Below, piece after piece: positions 18,523 to 28,473 of a stretch of 64,000 bases of DNA (its first letter is position 1; each line of letters starts with the position of its first letter). The position numbers and the translations under genes are program-made. The stretch covers positions 153,882-217,881 of the forward strand of contig DASZXY010000006.1 in NCBI GenBank assembly GCA_035545635.1, written 5' to 3'. The notes beneath the pieces were generated by a model. That model saw only the letters and a program-made list of their open reading frames with translations, ran no database searches and was not told the DNA's origin. The DNA is from Mycobacteriales bacterium. Its GTDB lineage: Bacteria; Actinomycetota; Actinomycetes; JAFAQI01.

Positions 18523-19046
18523 GCCGGGACCGCCCACTTGCGCCGTCCCCGCCGCGACTCGCCGCGCGTCTCGACCGTGCGAACCCGAGCGAGCGCCTGG
18601 CCGTTCGGGTGAGGTGCGTAGAACGACATCGACTCGAGCGGCGGGGAGTAGGCGTGCAGGCTGATCGCGGCGGCGGGGCCGGCGTTGTAGACGTCGTGCA
18701 CCGTGCTCGGCGCGATCGCGACGGCGCGGCCGGTGGGCACGATGGTGGTCGTGGTCTGTGCGGTGTCGGGCCAGGCCCGGACTTCCGTCAGCTCGCCCTG
18801 TACGACGAGGAAGGCGCCGGCGGACTGGCCATGGTCGTGCAGGTCGGTCGACTGGCCGGCCAGCCAGCTCAACAACCAGATGTCGGCCTGCTCGCTGGTG
18901 TGCAGTCGGCACCACCACCGCCCCGAGGGGTCGAATCGCGCCAGGCTGCGCCAGCGTGATGTGCGCTCGCCGAGCCGCTCCAGTGCAGCGGCGAGCTGAT
19001 CGGCAGAGAAGTGGGTGTCTGCGGAAAGCTCAGAAGTGATCGCCAT
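18519..19046 (-). CDS. cysteine dioxygenase type I-like cupin (thiol dioxygenase)
   Basis: 175 aa. WLAGQSTDLHDHGQSAGAFLVVQGELTE...VHDV cupin His ligand pattern. Confidence 0.7.
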   Translation of the reverse strand: MAITSELSADTHFSADQLAAALERLGERTSRWRSLARFDPSGRWWCRLHTSEQADIWLLSWLAGQSTDLHDHGQSAGAFLVVQGELTEVRAWPDTAQTTTTIVPTGRAVAIAPSTVHDVYNAGPAAAISLHAYSPPLESMSFYAPHPNGQALARVRTVETRGESRRGRRKWAVPA

Positions 19047-19196
19047 GACATATGTATATCAGACCACTCAACTTACTTAGAACACTCCAGTCAGCGTAGC
19101 CGGGGACAACCAATGGTCCGGCCCGCCCGCGCTGGGGAACGCAGGCGCACAGGCTGCGTACGGAATGGCCGCGACGGTCAGGGGTATGCCCCCGGC

Positions 19197-20987
19197 ATGC
19201 CGACTGTCGCTGACCAGATCCTTGCCCGGCTTCGCGAGTGGGACGTCGAGTGCGTCTTCGGTTATGCGGGCGACGGCATCAACGGGCTGCTGGCCGCGTG
19301 GGGTCGCGCTGACAACCAGCCGAAGTTCGTGCAGGTCCGTCATGAGGAGATGGCGGCATTCGCCGCGGTCGGCTACGCGAAGTTCTCCGGAAAGGTCGCG
19401 GTGTGCGCGGCGACGTCCGGTCCCGGGGCGATCCACCTCCTGAACGGTCTGTACGACGCGAAGCTCGACCATGTCCCGGTCGTCGCGATCGTCGGCCAGA
19501 CGAACCGCAGCGCGATGGGCGGCTCCTACCAGCAGGAGGTGGACCTGCTCAGCCTGTTCAAGGACGTCGCGAACGAGTACTGCCAGATGGTCACGGTGCC
19601 CGAGCAGCTCCCCAACGTCCTCGACCGCGCGATGCGCACCGCGATGACGCAGCGCTGCGTCGCAGCGGTGATCGTCCCGTCGGACGTGCAGGAGCTGGAG
19701 TACTCGCCTCCCACCCACGAGTTCAAGATGGTCCCGTCCAGTCTCGGAATCGTCGAGCCGACGTTGACCCCGCCAGAGCACGAGCTGGCACACGCCGCTG
19801 AGATCATCAACGCGGGCTCCAAGGTCGCGATCCTGATCGGACAGGGCGCCCGCGGTGCGGCCGACCAGGTCCTCGACCTCGCCGAGCTCACCGGCGCCGG
19901 CATTGCCAAGGCTCTGCTCGGCAAGGACGTCATCTCCGACGAGCTCCCGTTCGTCACCGGGGCAATCGGACTACTCGGCACCCGCCCGTCGTACGAGCTG
20001 ATGACCGGGTGCGACACCCTCATCACCGTCGGGTCGAACTTTCCCTACACGCAGTTCATGCCGGAGTTCGGTCAGGCCCGGGCAATCCAGATCGACATCG
20101 ACCCGCGGTTCATCGGCATGCGCTACCCCTACGAGCTGAACCTCGTAGGCAGTGCCGGACCGACGTTGAAGCAGCTGTTGCCGATGATCGAGCACAAGGG
20201 CGACCGGTCGTGGCGACAGACGGTAGAGAAGAACGTCGCGCGCTGGTGGGACGTGATGAGTCGCTCGGCAATGGTCGATGCCGATCCGATCAATCCACAG
20301 CGCGTTTTCTCGGAGGCCTCGGAGGTGCTCCCCGACAACGTGATCATCGCGGCCGACTCGGGGTCATCGGCGAACTGGTACGCCCGCAACATCAAGCTGC
20401 GACCCGGGATGCGCGGATCGCTGTCCGGCACGCTCGCGACGATGGGCAACGGCGTCCCCTACATGGTGGGTGCGAAGTTCGCCCACCCTGGCCGCCCCGC
20501 GATCGCCTTCGTCGGCGACGGGGCGATGCAGATGAACGGCATCAACGAGCTGATCACCATCTCGAAGTACTGGCAGGAGTGGGCAGACCCCCGGCTCGTG
20601 GTCGCCGTACTGCACAACAACGACCTCAACCAGGTCACCTGGGAGATGCGGGCGATGGAAGGTGCTCCGCAGTTCCTGCCGTCGCAGCACCTGCCGTCCT
20701 TCCCCTACGCGCACTACGCGCGGAGTATCGGACTGGAAGGGATTCTGGTCGAGAAGCCCGAGGAGATCGGCGCGGCTTGGCGCAAGGCGCTCGCAGCGGA
20801 TCGGCCGTGCCTGCTCGAGTTCGTCACCGATCCCGCGGTGCCGCCGATTCCGCCGCACGCGACGCTCGACCAGATCGAGAACATGATCGCGTCGGTGGTA
20901 CGCGGCGACTCCGACCGCTGGGACGTCATCAAAGAAGGCGTGAAGCTCAAGGCGCAGGAGTTCCTTCCCGGTGCGCGCGACAAGTAG
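19197..20987 (+). CDS. poxB: thiamine-diphosphate-dependent pyruvate oxidase / pyruvate dehydrogenase (quinone)
   Basis: Start moved to MPTVADQILARL (ATG 19197). VRHEEMAAFAAVGYAKFSGKVAVCAATSGPGAIHLLNGLYDA and GDGAMQMNG (TPP motif) parallel E. coli PoxB. Confidence 0.85.
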   Translation: MPTVADQILARLREWDVECVFGYAGDGINGLLAAWGRADNQPKFVQVRHEEMAAFAAVGYAKFSGKVAVCAATSGPGAIHLLNGLYDAKLDHVPVVAIVGQTNRSAMGGSYQQEVDLLSLFKDVANEYCQMVTVPEQLPNVLDRAMRTAMTQRCVAAVIVPSDVQELEYSPPTHEFKMVPSSLGIVEPTLTPPEHELAHAAEIINAGSKVAILIGQGARGAADQVLDLAELTGAGIAKALLGKDVISDELPFVTGAIGLLGTRPSYELMTGCDTLITVGSNFPYTQFMPEFGQARAIQIDIDPRFIGMRYPYELNLVGSAGPTLKQLLPMIEHKGDRSWRQTVEKNVARWWDVMSRSAMVDADPINPQRVFSEASEVLPDNVIIAADSGSSANWYARNIKLRPGMRGSLSGTLATMGNGVPYMVGAKFAHPGRPAIAFVGDGAMQMNGINELITISKYWQEWADPRLVVAVLHNNDLNQVTWEMRAMEGAPQFLPSQHLPSFPYAHYARSIGLEGILVEKPEEIGAAWRKALAADRPCLLEFVTDPAVPPIPPHATLDQIENMIASVVRGDSDRWDVIKEGVKLKAQEFLPGARDK

Positions 20988-21435
20988 GGAGGGCGCGAAA
21001 GCGGTCCATGGCATCGACCGCGTCGTACGCAACATCGAGACCGGCCGGTTCGAGCGATCGCTGTCAGGGCTGACCGCCATCGGTTCGGTCATCACTGCCG
21101 CGGAGATCTACCTCGAGCACGACCGTGCGAGCTTCGGAAACTCGATGATGTGGCTGCCGGTCGCCCTCGGCCCGGTCGGCTTCGCCGCCGGAGTGGCGGG
21201 CGTGTTCAGCAAGCGCGCCGCCAAGACCTTGTTGCCGCTGACCTCAGCGGCGATCGTCGCCAACGGCCTCCAGGGGACCTACCTGCATCTGCGCGGGGTC
21301 GGGCAGCGCCCTGGTGGCTGGCGGCTTGGCAAGTACAACCTCGAGATGGGGCCGCCGGTGTTCGCCCCGCTGCTGATGACGATGGTGGGTGGGATGGGGC
21401 TGCTCGCCGCGATTCTGCGGCGTGAGGGTGAGTAG
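20971..21435 (+). CDS. small polytopic membrane protein associated with the GMC dehydrogenase set
   Basis: 154 aa with about 4 hydrophobic segments. Abuts the next gene, sharing nt 21435. Start uncertain (GTG 20971 overlaps the poxB end). Confidence 0.55.
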   Translation: MRATSREGAKAVHGIDRVVRNIETGRFERSLSGLTAIGSVITAAEIYLEHDRASFGNSMMWLPVALGPVGFAAGVAGVFSKRAAKTLLPLTSAAIVANGLQGTYLHLRGVGQRPGGWRLGKYNLEMGPPVFAPLLMTMVGGMGLLAAILRREGE

Positions 21436-22148
21436 TGGAACCACGGTTTCCCGGCTTCGACGTCCTCGGTCAGGCGCGGCACTGGGACGAGACAACGGCT
21501 GGCGCGGTGCTGGCTCGGCTCGGCCCCAGCCCGCCGCTGCGGTTCTTCTCCTTGGATGAGGAAGCGGTCGGCCGTGCGCTGTTCGACCAGATCCTCGACC
21601 AGCGCGAAGCGCCTCGAGTCCCGATTCTGGAGATGGTCGACTCCCGGCTCGCCGAGGCACAGACCGACGGTTGGCACTACGCCGACATGCCAGAGGACGG
21701 CGAGGCCTTCAAGGCCAGCTTCGCCGCCCTCGACAAGGACGCGCACGCCGCCTTCGGCCGCCCGTTCGCTGAGCTCGACTGGTACGACCAGGCAGACCTG
21801 ATCCAGGCCGTGCAGCAGCTCAACGAGTCCGAGTGGCACGGCCTGCGGGCCGATCGGGTGTGGAGCCTGTGGACGCGCTACGGCTGTACGGCGTTCTACA
21901 GCCACCCGCAAGCGTGGAACGAGATCGGGTTCGGCGGCCCGGCCTACCCGCGTGGCTACAAGAACCTCGGCATCGACGCCCGCGAGCCCTGGGAGGTCGC
22001 CGACCGAACCGACGAGGATCCGGTCGGCCGCGGTGAGGAGATCGAGGCGGCTCGCCGCCGCCACGCCGAGGCACGCACCCGGGAGCTGAAGCGTGCCCAC
22101 AGCAAGGGACCGCACGGCGTCGGCGACGAGCTGAGCGGGTCGCGATGA
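21435..22148 (+). CDS. gluconate 2-dehydrogenase subunit 3 family protein
   Basis: 237 aa. FFSLDEEAVGRALFDQIL...DWYDQADLIQAVQQL pattern of the family. ATGA overlap with the GMC gene. Confidence 0.7.
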   Translation: MEPRFPGFDVLGQARHWDETTAGAVLARLGPSPPLRFFSLDEEAVGRALFDQILDQREAPRVPILEMVDSRLAEAQTDGWHYADMPEDGEAFKASFAALDKDAHAAFGRPFAELDWYDQADLIQAVQQLNESEWHGLRADRVWSLWTRYGCTAFYSHPQAWNEIGFGGPAYPRGYKNLGIDAREPWEVADRTDEDPVGRGEEIEAARRRHAEARTRELKRAHSKGPHGVGDELSGSR

Positions 22149-23803
22149 GCGCGCTTACCCAAGTCCGCCGGCGCAACGAGTCGGCATGGTTGCTGCCCAA
22201 CGACGGGACCCGCACCAACCACCAGCTGCGTCGCGACATGCGGCGCTTCGCCGACGACGAAGAGGTCGACATCGCCATCGTCGGCGCGGGCGCCGGCGGG
22301 TCGGTCCTGCTGCAGCGGCTGGCCCGCGCCGGCTGGCGTGCGGTGGCGTTCGATGCCGGCCCGTTCTGGGATCCGGACCGAGACTGGGTCAGCGACGAAG
22401 CCGGCTCGCACCATCTCTACTGGACCGAGCCGCGGGTCATCGACGGCGCCGACCCGGTCGTGCTCGGATCGAACAACTCCGGACGCGGAGTCGGTGGGTC
22501 GATGGTGCACTTCGCCGGTTACGCCCCTCGGTTTCACCCGTCCGACTTCTCGACGTACTCCAACGACGGGGTCGGTGCCGACTGGCCGATCTCCTACGCC
22601 GACCTCGCGCCCTACTACCGGCTGATGGAAGAGGAGCTTCCGGTCGCCGGCCAGTTCTGGCCGTGGGGAGAACCGCATCCTTACCCGCACTCACCGCATC
22701 CGGTCAGCGGCAACGGGCTGATCGCCCAGCGAGGCGCCTTGCAGCTGGGTATCGAGATGCGGGTCGGCCCCGTCGCGATCACCAACGGCAGGTTCGGCAA
22801 CCGTCCCCACTGCATCTACCGCGGCTTCTGCTTGCAGGGATGCAAGGTCAACGCGAAGGCATCACCACTGATCACCCATGTTCCCGATGCCCTCGCGCAC
22901 GGCGCAGAGATCCGTGCGGACGCGATGGTGAGCGCGGTCGAGGTGGATGACGAGTCCGGGCTGGTCACCGGTGTCCGCTACTTCAAGGACGGGCGTGAGC
23001 GCCGGCAGCGGGCGCGCATGGTGGCGGTGTGCGGCTACTCGATCGAGACTCCTCGCCTCTTGCTCAACTCCGCGACGAAGCGCTGGCCCCACGGACTGGC
23101 GAACGACAACGACCTGGTCGGGCGCTACGTCATGGTGCAGGGTGCGCCGCAGGCGGCCGGGCGGTTCGACGAAGAGATCCGGATGTTCAAGGCGCCTCCG
23201 CCGGAAGTGAGCTCGGAACAGTTCTACGAGACCGACCAGAGCAAGCCGTATCGCCGCGGATACAGCATCCAGACCGTCTCCCCGCTGCCCATCACCTGGG
23301 CGGAGCACGTCGCGGCCCAGGGGCATTGGGGCACGGTGCTTCGGGAGTACATGGCCGACTACGTGCACTGGGCGACGCTCGGTGCGCTTTGCGAGTACCT
23401 GCCGCAGGCCGACAACCGCGTGACGCTGGCGAAGGAGACCGATCGCTACGGCCTGCCCGTGGCTCAGTTCAGCTACAGCCTTTGTGACAACGATCGGGCC
23501 CTGCTCGACGACGCCCGCCAGATGCAAGCGCAGATTCTCGAGGCCGCCGGTGCGACCGAGGTCATCACGATCGACCGCACGGCGCACCTGATCGGTGGCG
23601 CCCGCATGAGTGACCGGCCGGAGTCCGGTGTCGTCGACGCCGACCTGCGCACCTGGTCGATCCCGAACCTGTATGTCGTCGACGGGAGCGCCCTGCCGAC
23701 CCAGGGAGCGGCGAACCCCGCCTTGACCATCATGGCCGTTGCGGCTCGTGCCGCGGACCGCATGATCGCCGGGCAGCGTTCCGGGGTCCGCGATGGCCGG
23801 TAG
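22145..23803 (+). CDS. GMC family FAD-dependent oxidoreductase
   Basis: DIAIVGAGAGGSVLLQRLARAG (GxGxxG) and C-terminal HLIGGARMS...NLYVVDGSALP GMC signature. Confidence 0.85.
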   Translation: MSALTQVRRRNESAWLLPNDGTRTNHQLRRDMRRFADDEEVDIAIVGAGAGGSVLLQRLARAGWRAVAFDAGPFWDPDRDWVSDEAGSHHLYWTEPRVIDGADPVVLGSNNSGRGVGGSMVHFAGYAPRFHPSDFSTYSNDGVGADWPISYADLAPYYRLMEEELPVAGQFWPWGEPHPYPHSPHPVSGNGLIAQRGALQLGIEMRVGPVAITNGRFGNRPHCIYRGFCLQGCKVNAKASPLITHVPDALAHGAEIRADAMVSAVEVDDESGLVTGVRYFKDGRERRQRARMVAVCGYSIETPRLLLNSATKRWPHGLANDNDLVGRYVMVQGAPQAAGRFDEEIRMFKAPPPEVSSEQFYETDQSKPYRRGYSIQTVSPLPITWAEHVAAQGHWGTVLREYMADYVHWATLGALCEYLPQADNRVTLAKETDRYGLPVAQFSYSLCDNDRALLDDARQMQAQILEAAGATEVITIDRTAHLIGGARMSDRPESGVVDADLRTWSIPNLYVVDGSALPTQGAANPALTIMAVAARAADRMIAGQRSGVRDGR

Positions 23804-24902
23804 TGGGGACCCGCGCATCGAGTCGGTGACGGCGGCGGCGTACGTGATCGCCACCGACGCACCGGAAGCCGACGGCACGCTGTCCTGGGACAAGACGACC
23901 GTGGTCGTCGCCTCAGTCCGCGGCGGTGGTCGCGCAGGTCTCGGCTGGACGTACGCCGCGGGCGCGGCGGCGCACGTGATCGAGGACGTGCTCGCGGGAG
24001 TCGTCACCGGCCGGTCGGCGACCGACCCTCGGGGGGCCAACGCGGAGATGGCGAAGGCGGTGCGAAACGTCGGGCGGCAGGGCATCGCCGCCACCGCGAT
24101 CTCAGCCGTCGATGTCGCGCTGTGGGATCTTCACGCCAAGCTGCAGGACCTCCCGTTGTCCCGAGCCCTCGGCGGCAGCAACAGGCCGGTCCCGGTCTAC
24201 GGCAGCGGCGGCTTCACCACCTACGACGACCACCAGACCGCAGACCAGGTGAGCGACTGGCTGGAGCGCTGCGGCGTCACCGCCGTGAAGATCAAGATCG
24301 GCGAGTCCTGGGGGACGCTGCCACAACGCGATCTCTCCCGCGTCGAGCTCGTGGCGGGGCTGGTGGGCGAGGGGCGCGAGGTGTTCGTCGACGCAAACGG
24401 CGGCTACACGGTCGGCCAAGCAGTTCGGATGGCCCGCCGCTTCAGCGACCTCGGCGTGACGTGGTTCGAGGAGCCCGTCTCGTCAGACGATCTGGCCGGG
24501 CTCAATGCGATACGCAGCTCCGTCGACCTGGATGTCGCGGCGGGTGAGTACGGCTACGACCTCGCGTACTTCGAACGGATGGCGGCGGCGGGCGCGGTGG
24601 ACTGCCTTCAGGTCGACGTGACCCGATGCGGTGGCATCACGGACTTCCTGCGCGCCGCCTCGGTCGCAGCCGCCCACGGCCTCGACGTCTCTGCGCACTG
24701 CGCGCCGCACCTGCACGCGGCCTTTGCCGGCGTCGTTCCGAACCTTCGCCACATCGAGTACTTCCACGACCACATCCGGATCGAGGAGCAGCTGCTCTTC
24801 GACGGAGCCGTGGCGGCTGCGAACGGCTGCCTGCGCCCGTCCGATCGAGCCGGCCACGGCATCGCGCTGCGCGACGACGCCGATCGGTGGCGTGCGGCAT
24901 GA
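23793..24902 (+). CDS. enolase-superfamily enzyme (mandelate racemase / muconate lactonizing family)
   Basis: VKIKIG, FVDANGGY, WFEEP, AAGEY metal-ligand and catalytic-loop pattern. Confidence 0.8.
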   Translation: MAGSGDPRIESVTAAAYVIATDAPEADGTLSWDKTTVVVASVRGGGRAGLGWTYAAGAAAHVIEDVLAGVVTGRSATDPRGANAEMAKAVRNVGRQGIAATAISAVDVALWDLHAKLQDLPLSRALGGSNRPVPVYGSGGFTTYDDHQTADQVSDWLERCGVTAVKIKIGESWGTLPQRDLSRVELVAGLVGEGREVFVDANGGYTVGQAVRMARRFSDLGVTWFEEPVSSDDLAGLNAIRSSVDLDVAAGEYGYDLAYFERMAAAGAVDCLQVDVTRCGGITDFLRAASVAAAHGLDVSAHCAPHLHAAFAGVVPNLRHIEYFHDHIRIEEQLLFDGAVAAANGCLRPSDRAGHGIALRDDADRWRAA

Positions 24903-25636
24903 CGCTGGCGGTCGGCACGAGTGGCTGGCAGTACGCCGACTGGCGCGGCGTCTTCTACCCGCCGAAGCTGCCCCAGCGGCTGTGGCTCACGTCGTACTGC
25001 GAGTCCTTCGACACCGTCGAGGTGAACTCCAGCTTCTACCGGCTGCCGAGCGCCAACACTGTGCAGCGCTGGGCGGACGTGATCCCCGATGGCTTCGTGA
25101 TGGCGATGAAGGTGAGCCGGTTCCTCACCCACGTGAAGCGGCTGCGCGATCCCGCCGAACCGGTCGCGCGCCTGATGGGCGTGCTCGGACCGCTGCAGGC
25201 GCGCGGGCTGCTCGGACCGTTGCTCGTGCAGCTGCCGCCGGACCTCTCGGTCGAACTGGACCGGCTTGACCAGACGCTCGCGGAGTTTCCCGCCGACGTC
25301 CGCGTCGCGGTCGAGCCTCGGCATCAGTCATGGTTCACCGAGGATCTCCGGGCGCTCCTGACGGCGCACGGGGCCGCGTTGGTGTGGGCTGACCGCGCCG
25401 GCAGAAGCCTCGGTCCGCTCTGGCGAACTGCGAGCTGGTCCTATCTACGGCTGCACCACGGCAGAAGCGGGTGGGGCTACGACAACCGTGACCTCCGCCG
25501 GTGGGCCGGCCGTCTCGCGGAGTCCGGTGACGGGTACGCCTATGCCAACAACGATCCCGGCGGCGCTGCCGTGCGCGATGCTCGCCGGCTTCGCGCGATG
25601 GTGACCTCGCTCGGTCAGGTCGACGCCCGGTCGTAG
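24899..25636 (+). CDS. DUF72 family protein
   Basis: Start at MTLAVGTSGWQYADWRGVFYP (ATG 24899, ATGA overlap) inside ORF 24626-25636. FDTVEVNSSFY motif. Confidence 0.75.
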   Translation: MTLAVGTSGWQYADWRGVFYPPKLPQRLWLTSYCESFDTVEVNSSFYRLPSANTVQRWADVIPDGFVMAMKVSRFLTHVKRLRDPAEPVARLMGVLGPLQARGLLGPLLVQLPPDLSVELDRLDQTLAEFPADVRVAVEPRHQSWFTEDLRALLTAHGAALVWADRAGRSLGPLWRTASWSYLRLHHGRSGWGYDNRDLRRWAGRLAESGDGYAYANNDPGGAAVRDARRLRAMVTSLGQVDARS

Positions 25637-27390
25637 GCGCAGGCGGCGTTGATCAAGGCGAGATGGCTCAGTCCCTGCGGGAAGTTCCCCAGCATCGCGC
25701 CGCTCGAAGGGTCGTACATCTCCGAAAGCAGACCGACATCGTTGACCAGCGTCACCGCTTCGTCCATCACGGCTCGCGCCTCGGCGAGGTCGCCGAGCTG
25801 CACGAGAGCGTGGACCAGCCAGAAACTGCAGGCGAGGAAGCCGCCGCCGTCGTCGGAGCCGCTGTAGCGGCGTACGACGGGACCGTCGCAAAGCTCCTTG
25901 CGGATCGCCTCAATCGTGCCGGCAAGGCGTTCACCCCTGTCGTATCCGACGCGGGCCATCAGCAGAGTGGCCGCGTCCAGGCCATCGGTCCCCGCGTAGC
26001 CGGTGTAGCAGGAGCGCTCCTTGGACCAGCAGTGCTCGTCGACCCACTCGCGGACCGCGTCCCGCTCCCGCTTCCACCGCTCGACGTTGTCGGTGAGCAG
26101 CTGCCCCGCCTCGTGCAGGCGCACGGCACGGTCCAACGCGGTCCAGCACCCGATCTTCGAGATCGTGTAGTGACGCCGCTTGGGGAGCTCCCAGATCCCG
26201 GAGTCCTTGCGGTGCCAGGTGTCGCAGCATCGATCGACGAGCTCGGCGAGCAGCCTCGCGGTCTTCGGGTCCAGGCAGTGTCCGGCGGCGACGTACTGCC
26301 AGATCATGTCGAGCAGGTCGCCGTATGTGCCGAGCTGCTGTTGGTCGGCGGCGCCGTTGCCGATCCGCACCGGTGAGCTTGCCCGGTAGCCGGGGACATC
26401 GGGATGATCGATTCCGGCCGTCGGGGGCATGCCGTCCAGCCGGTAGAACACCTGGAGCTCCGGCTCGGTCCGGCGCAACGCCCCCAGCATCCATTGCACG
26501 GCGGCTTGCGCCTCGTCGTTGAGCCGCAACGTGAGAAGCGCATCGATCGTGAATGCGCAGTCGCGCACCCACATGAAGCGGTAGTCCCAGTTCTTGTCGC
26601 CTCCGATCGTCTCCGGCAGCGATGTCGTCGCCGCCGCCGCGACGGCGCCGGTCGGCACGTACTGCAGCAGCCGAAGCGCCAGCGCCGAGCGGCGTACCTC
26701 CTCCTGCCACGGGCCGTTGTAGTCGATCGCAGCGGCCCACTCTCGCCAGCGCCGCTCCGTGATGGAGAAATGGCTGTCGATCTCGGCTCGCTCGGCGAGG
26801 AAGAGTGGCGCATCGGTGGTGCCCAAGATCGCGAGAATGCCGGGGCGACCCGGGACTGCCGTGAAGGTTGCTGTCGCGCAGTGGCCATCTGTGGTCGGCT
26901 CGCCGACGTCGAAGTGGCGGACGACGAGCTGATCTTGGGCGACCCGGATGACCAGGGAGTCCTGCCGGTTGCTGATCCACGGCTCGGCGGTCCCGAGCTG
27001 CGTTCCGGGAGCGATGGTCCACCGCATCTCGACGGTGCCGCTGATCGCTTCCACCCGCCGTGCCAGCTCACTCCAGGCGAGGCGACCAGAGCGACCGAAC
27101 GGCAGGCAGTCGATGACCCGGACGACGCCGAGGTCGGTCGTGAATGTGGTCTCGAGCAGGTTCGTGTCGGGGAGGTAGCGCCTCGTCGACTCGTAGCGGT
27201 CGACCGGGGCCAGGTCTATGTAGCCGCCGCGAGGTGGGTCGAGCAGCGCGGCGAACGTCGGGTCCGCGTCGAGCGCTGGCACGGGCCACCAGTCGATCCG
27301 TCCGTCGGTGCTGACGAGCGCGACGGTGCGGCCGTCGCCGATCGCGGCGTAGGACTCGATCGGCGCGAAGCCGTCGGCGTCACGTCTCAC
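25615..27390 (-). CDS. glycoside hydrolase family 15 (glucoamylase/trehalase-like)
   Basis: IESYAAIGDGRTVALVSTDGRIDWWPVP, NWDYRFMWVRDCAF, QQQLGTYGDLLD. Start set at GTG 27390 (GTGA overlap with the SDR stop). The ORF track extends to 27468. Confidence 0.85.
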   Translation of the reverse strand: MRRDADGFAPIESYAAIGDGRTVALVSTDGRIDWWPVPALDADPTFAALLDPPRGGYIDLAPVDRYESTRRYLPDTNLLETTFTTDLGVVRVIDCLPFGRSGRLAWSELARRVEAISGTVEMRWTIAPGTQLGTAEPWISNRQDSLVIRVAQDQLVVRHFDVGEPTTDGHCATATFTAVPGRPGILAILGTTDAPLFLAERAEIDSHFSITERRWREWAAAIDYNGPWQEEVRRSALALRLLQYVPTGAVAAAATTSLPETIGGDKNWDYRFMWVRDCAFTIDALLTLRLNDEAQAAVQWMLGALRRTEPELQVFYRLDGMPPTAGIDHPDVPGYRASSPVRIGNGAADQQQLGTYGDLLDMIWQYVAAGHCLDPKTARLLAELVDRCCDTWHRKDSGIWELPKRRHYTISKIGCWTALDRAVRLHEAGQLLTDNVERWKRERDAVREWVDEHCWSKERSCYTGYAGTDGLDAATLLMARVGYDRGERLAGTIEAIRKELCDGPVVRRYSGSDDGGGFLACSFWLVHALVQLGDLAEARAVMDEAVTLVNDVGLLSEMYDPSSGAMLGNFPQGLSHLALINAACAYDRAST

Positions 27391-28379
27391 TGGCGGCGCG
27401 CAACCTCGCGGGCCCGCTCGGCCATTTTGTCGAGCGCACCCCAGACGGCCATCGAGGTGGCAGACCACGGATCGTGGTCATGTGCCTCGTCGTCGAACAT
27501 GCCGTGCGCGCCACGATCCGCTTCCTCGTCGCGGGGGACGAAGACGTTGGAGCCATGACACGGCCCGCTGTCGGTGACCTGTCCCTTGACGCCGGTTCGT
27601 GCCAGGTAGCGGTCGAGCAGTGCAGGCGCGAGACGGTTGCCGAGAACCGTGTAGGCGGAGGAGATTCCTACCCAGGCGTTGCGTCGTGGGTGCTCGGCCA
27701 GGAAGCAGATGGTGCGTGCGGCGATCTCGGGCTGAAACACCGGGGCAACCGGCCGGGGGTGGCCGGCCTGACCGTTGTCGTTCCAGTCGAATTGCGGGGT
27801 GTTGAGGCCGGGGAGCGTCGCGAGGCACATCCTGACCTTGCTGCGTTCGTGGCGCAGCTCGGTGATCACCGACTCGGTGAATCCCTTGATGGCGTGCTTC
27901 GCGCCGCAGTACGCCGACTGCAGGGGGATCCCGCGGTACGCGAGCGCACTGCTGACGTTGACGATCACCCCTCGGTTGCGGGGTCGCATCTTGCTGAGCG
28001 CTACTCGGGTGCCATGCACCTGGCCGAAGTACGTCACGTCGGTGATCCTGCGGAACGTCTCCGGGTCGGTGTCCCAGAACGTGCGAAGCGCACCGACGAA
28101 GGCGACGTTGACCCACAGCGTGATCGGACCGAGCTCTGACTCGATGCGCTCAGCTGAGTCCTGTACCGCCGCAAGGTCAGCGACGTCGGTCGGGATGCCG
28201 AGGCCGCGTCGACCCGCCGAGGTGATCTCGTCCTGCGTCGCTCGAAGACCGGCTTCGCCTCGCGCCAGCACAGCGATGTCCCACCCGCGCGAGGCGAGCT
28301 CTCGAACCGTGGCGCGCCCAACTCCGGCCGTGCCACCCGTCACCACCGCGACTCCGCGACGTTCCCGCGACGTACTCAT
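27387..28379 (-). CDS. SDR family oxidoreductase
   Basis: VAVVTGGTAGVGRA (TGxxxGxG), NVSSALAYRGIPLQSAYCGAKHA (YxxxK). Confidence 0.85.
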   Translation of the reverse strand: MSTSRERRGVAVVTGGTAGVGRATVRELASRGWDIAVLARGEAGLRATQDEITSAGRRGLGIPTDVADLAAVQDSAERIESELGPITLWVNVAFVGALRTFWDTDPETFRRITDVTYFGQVHGTRVALSKMRPRNRGVIVNVSSALAYRGIPLQSAYCGAKHAIKGFTESVITELRHERSKVRMCLATLPGLNTPQFDWNDNGQAGHPRPVAPVFQPEIAARTICFLAEHPRRNAWVGISSAYTVLGNRLAPALLDRYLARTGVKGQVTDSGPCHGSNVFVPRDEEADRGAHGMFDDEAHDHDPWSATSMAVWGALDKMAERAREVARRQ

Positions 28380-28473
28380 TCTCGTGATCTCCCGCGATAT
28401 CCCCTATGTGTGCATCACCCGGGCTTGGTGATCACAAACCCGATGCGTGCCGACCGCAAAGCCGGGTACGCGA

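Noticed and set aside
28401-28415. CCCCTATGTGTGCAT in the SDR / F420-oxidoreductase divergent region resembles the extended dyad CCCCTATGTGACAT.
   Set aside because: It has an extra base pair in the core (ATGTGTGCAT versus ATGTGACAT), which destroys the dyad symmetry. It is probably chance similarity.
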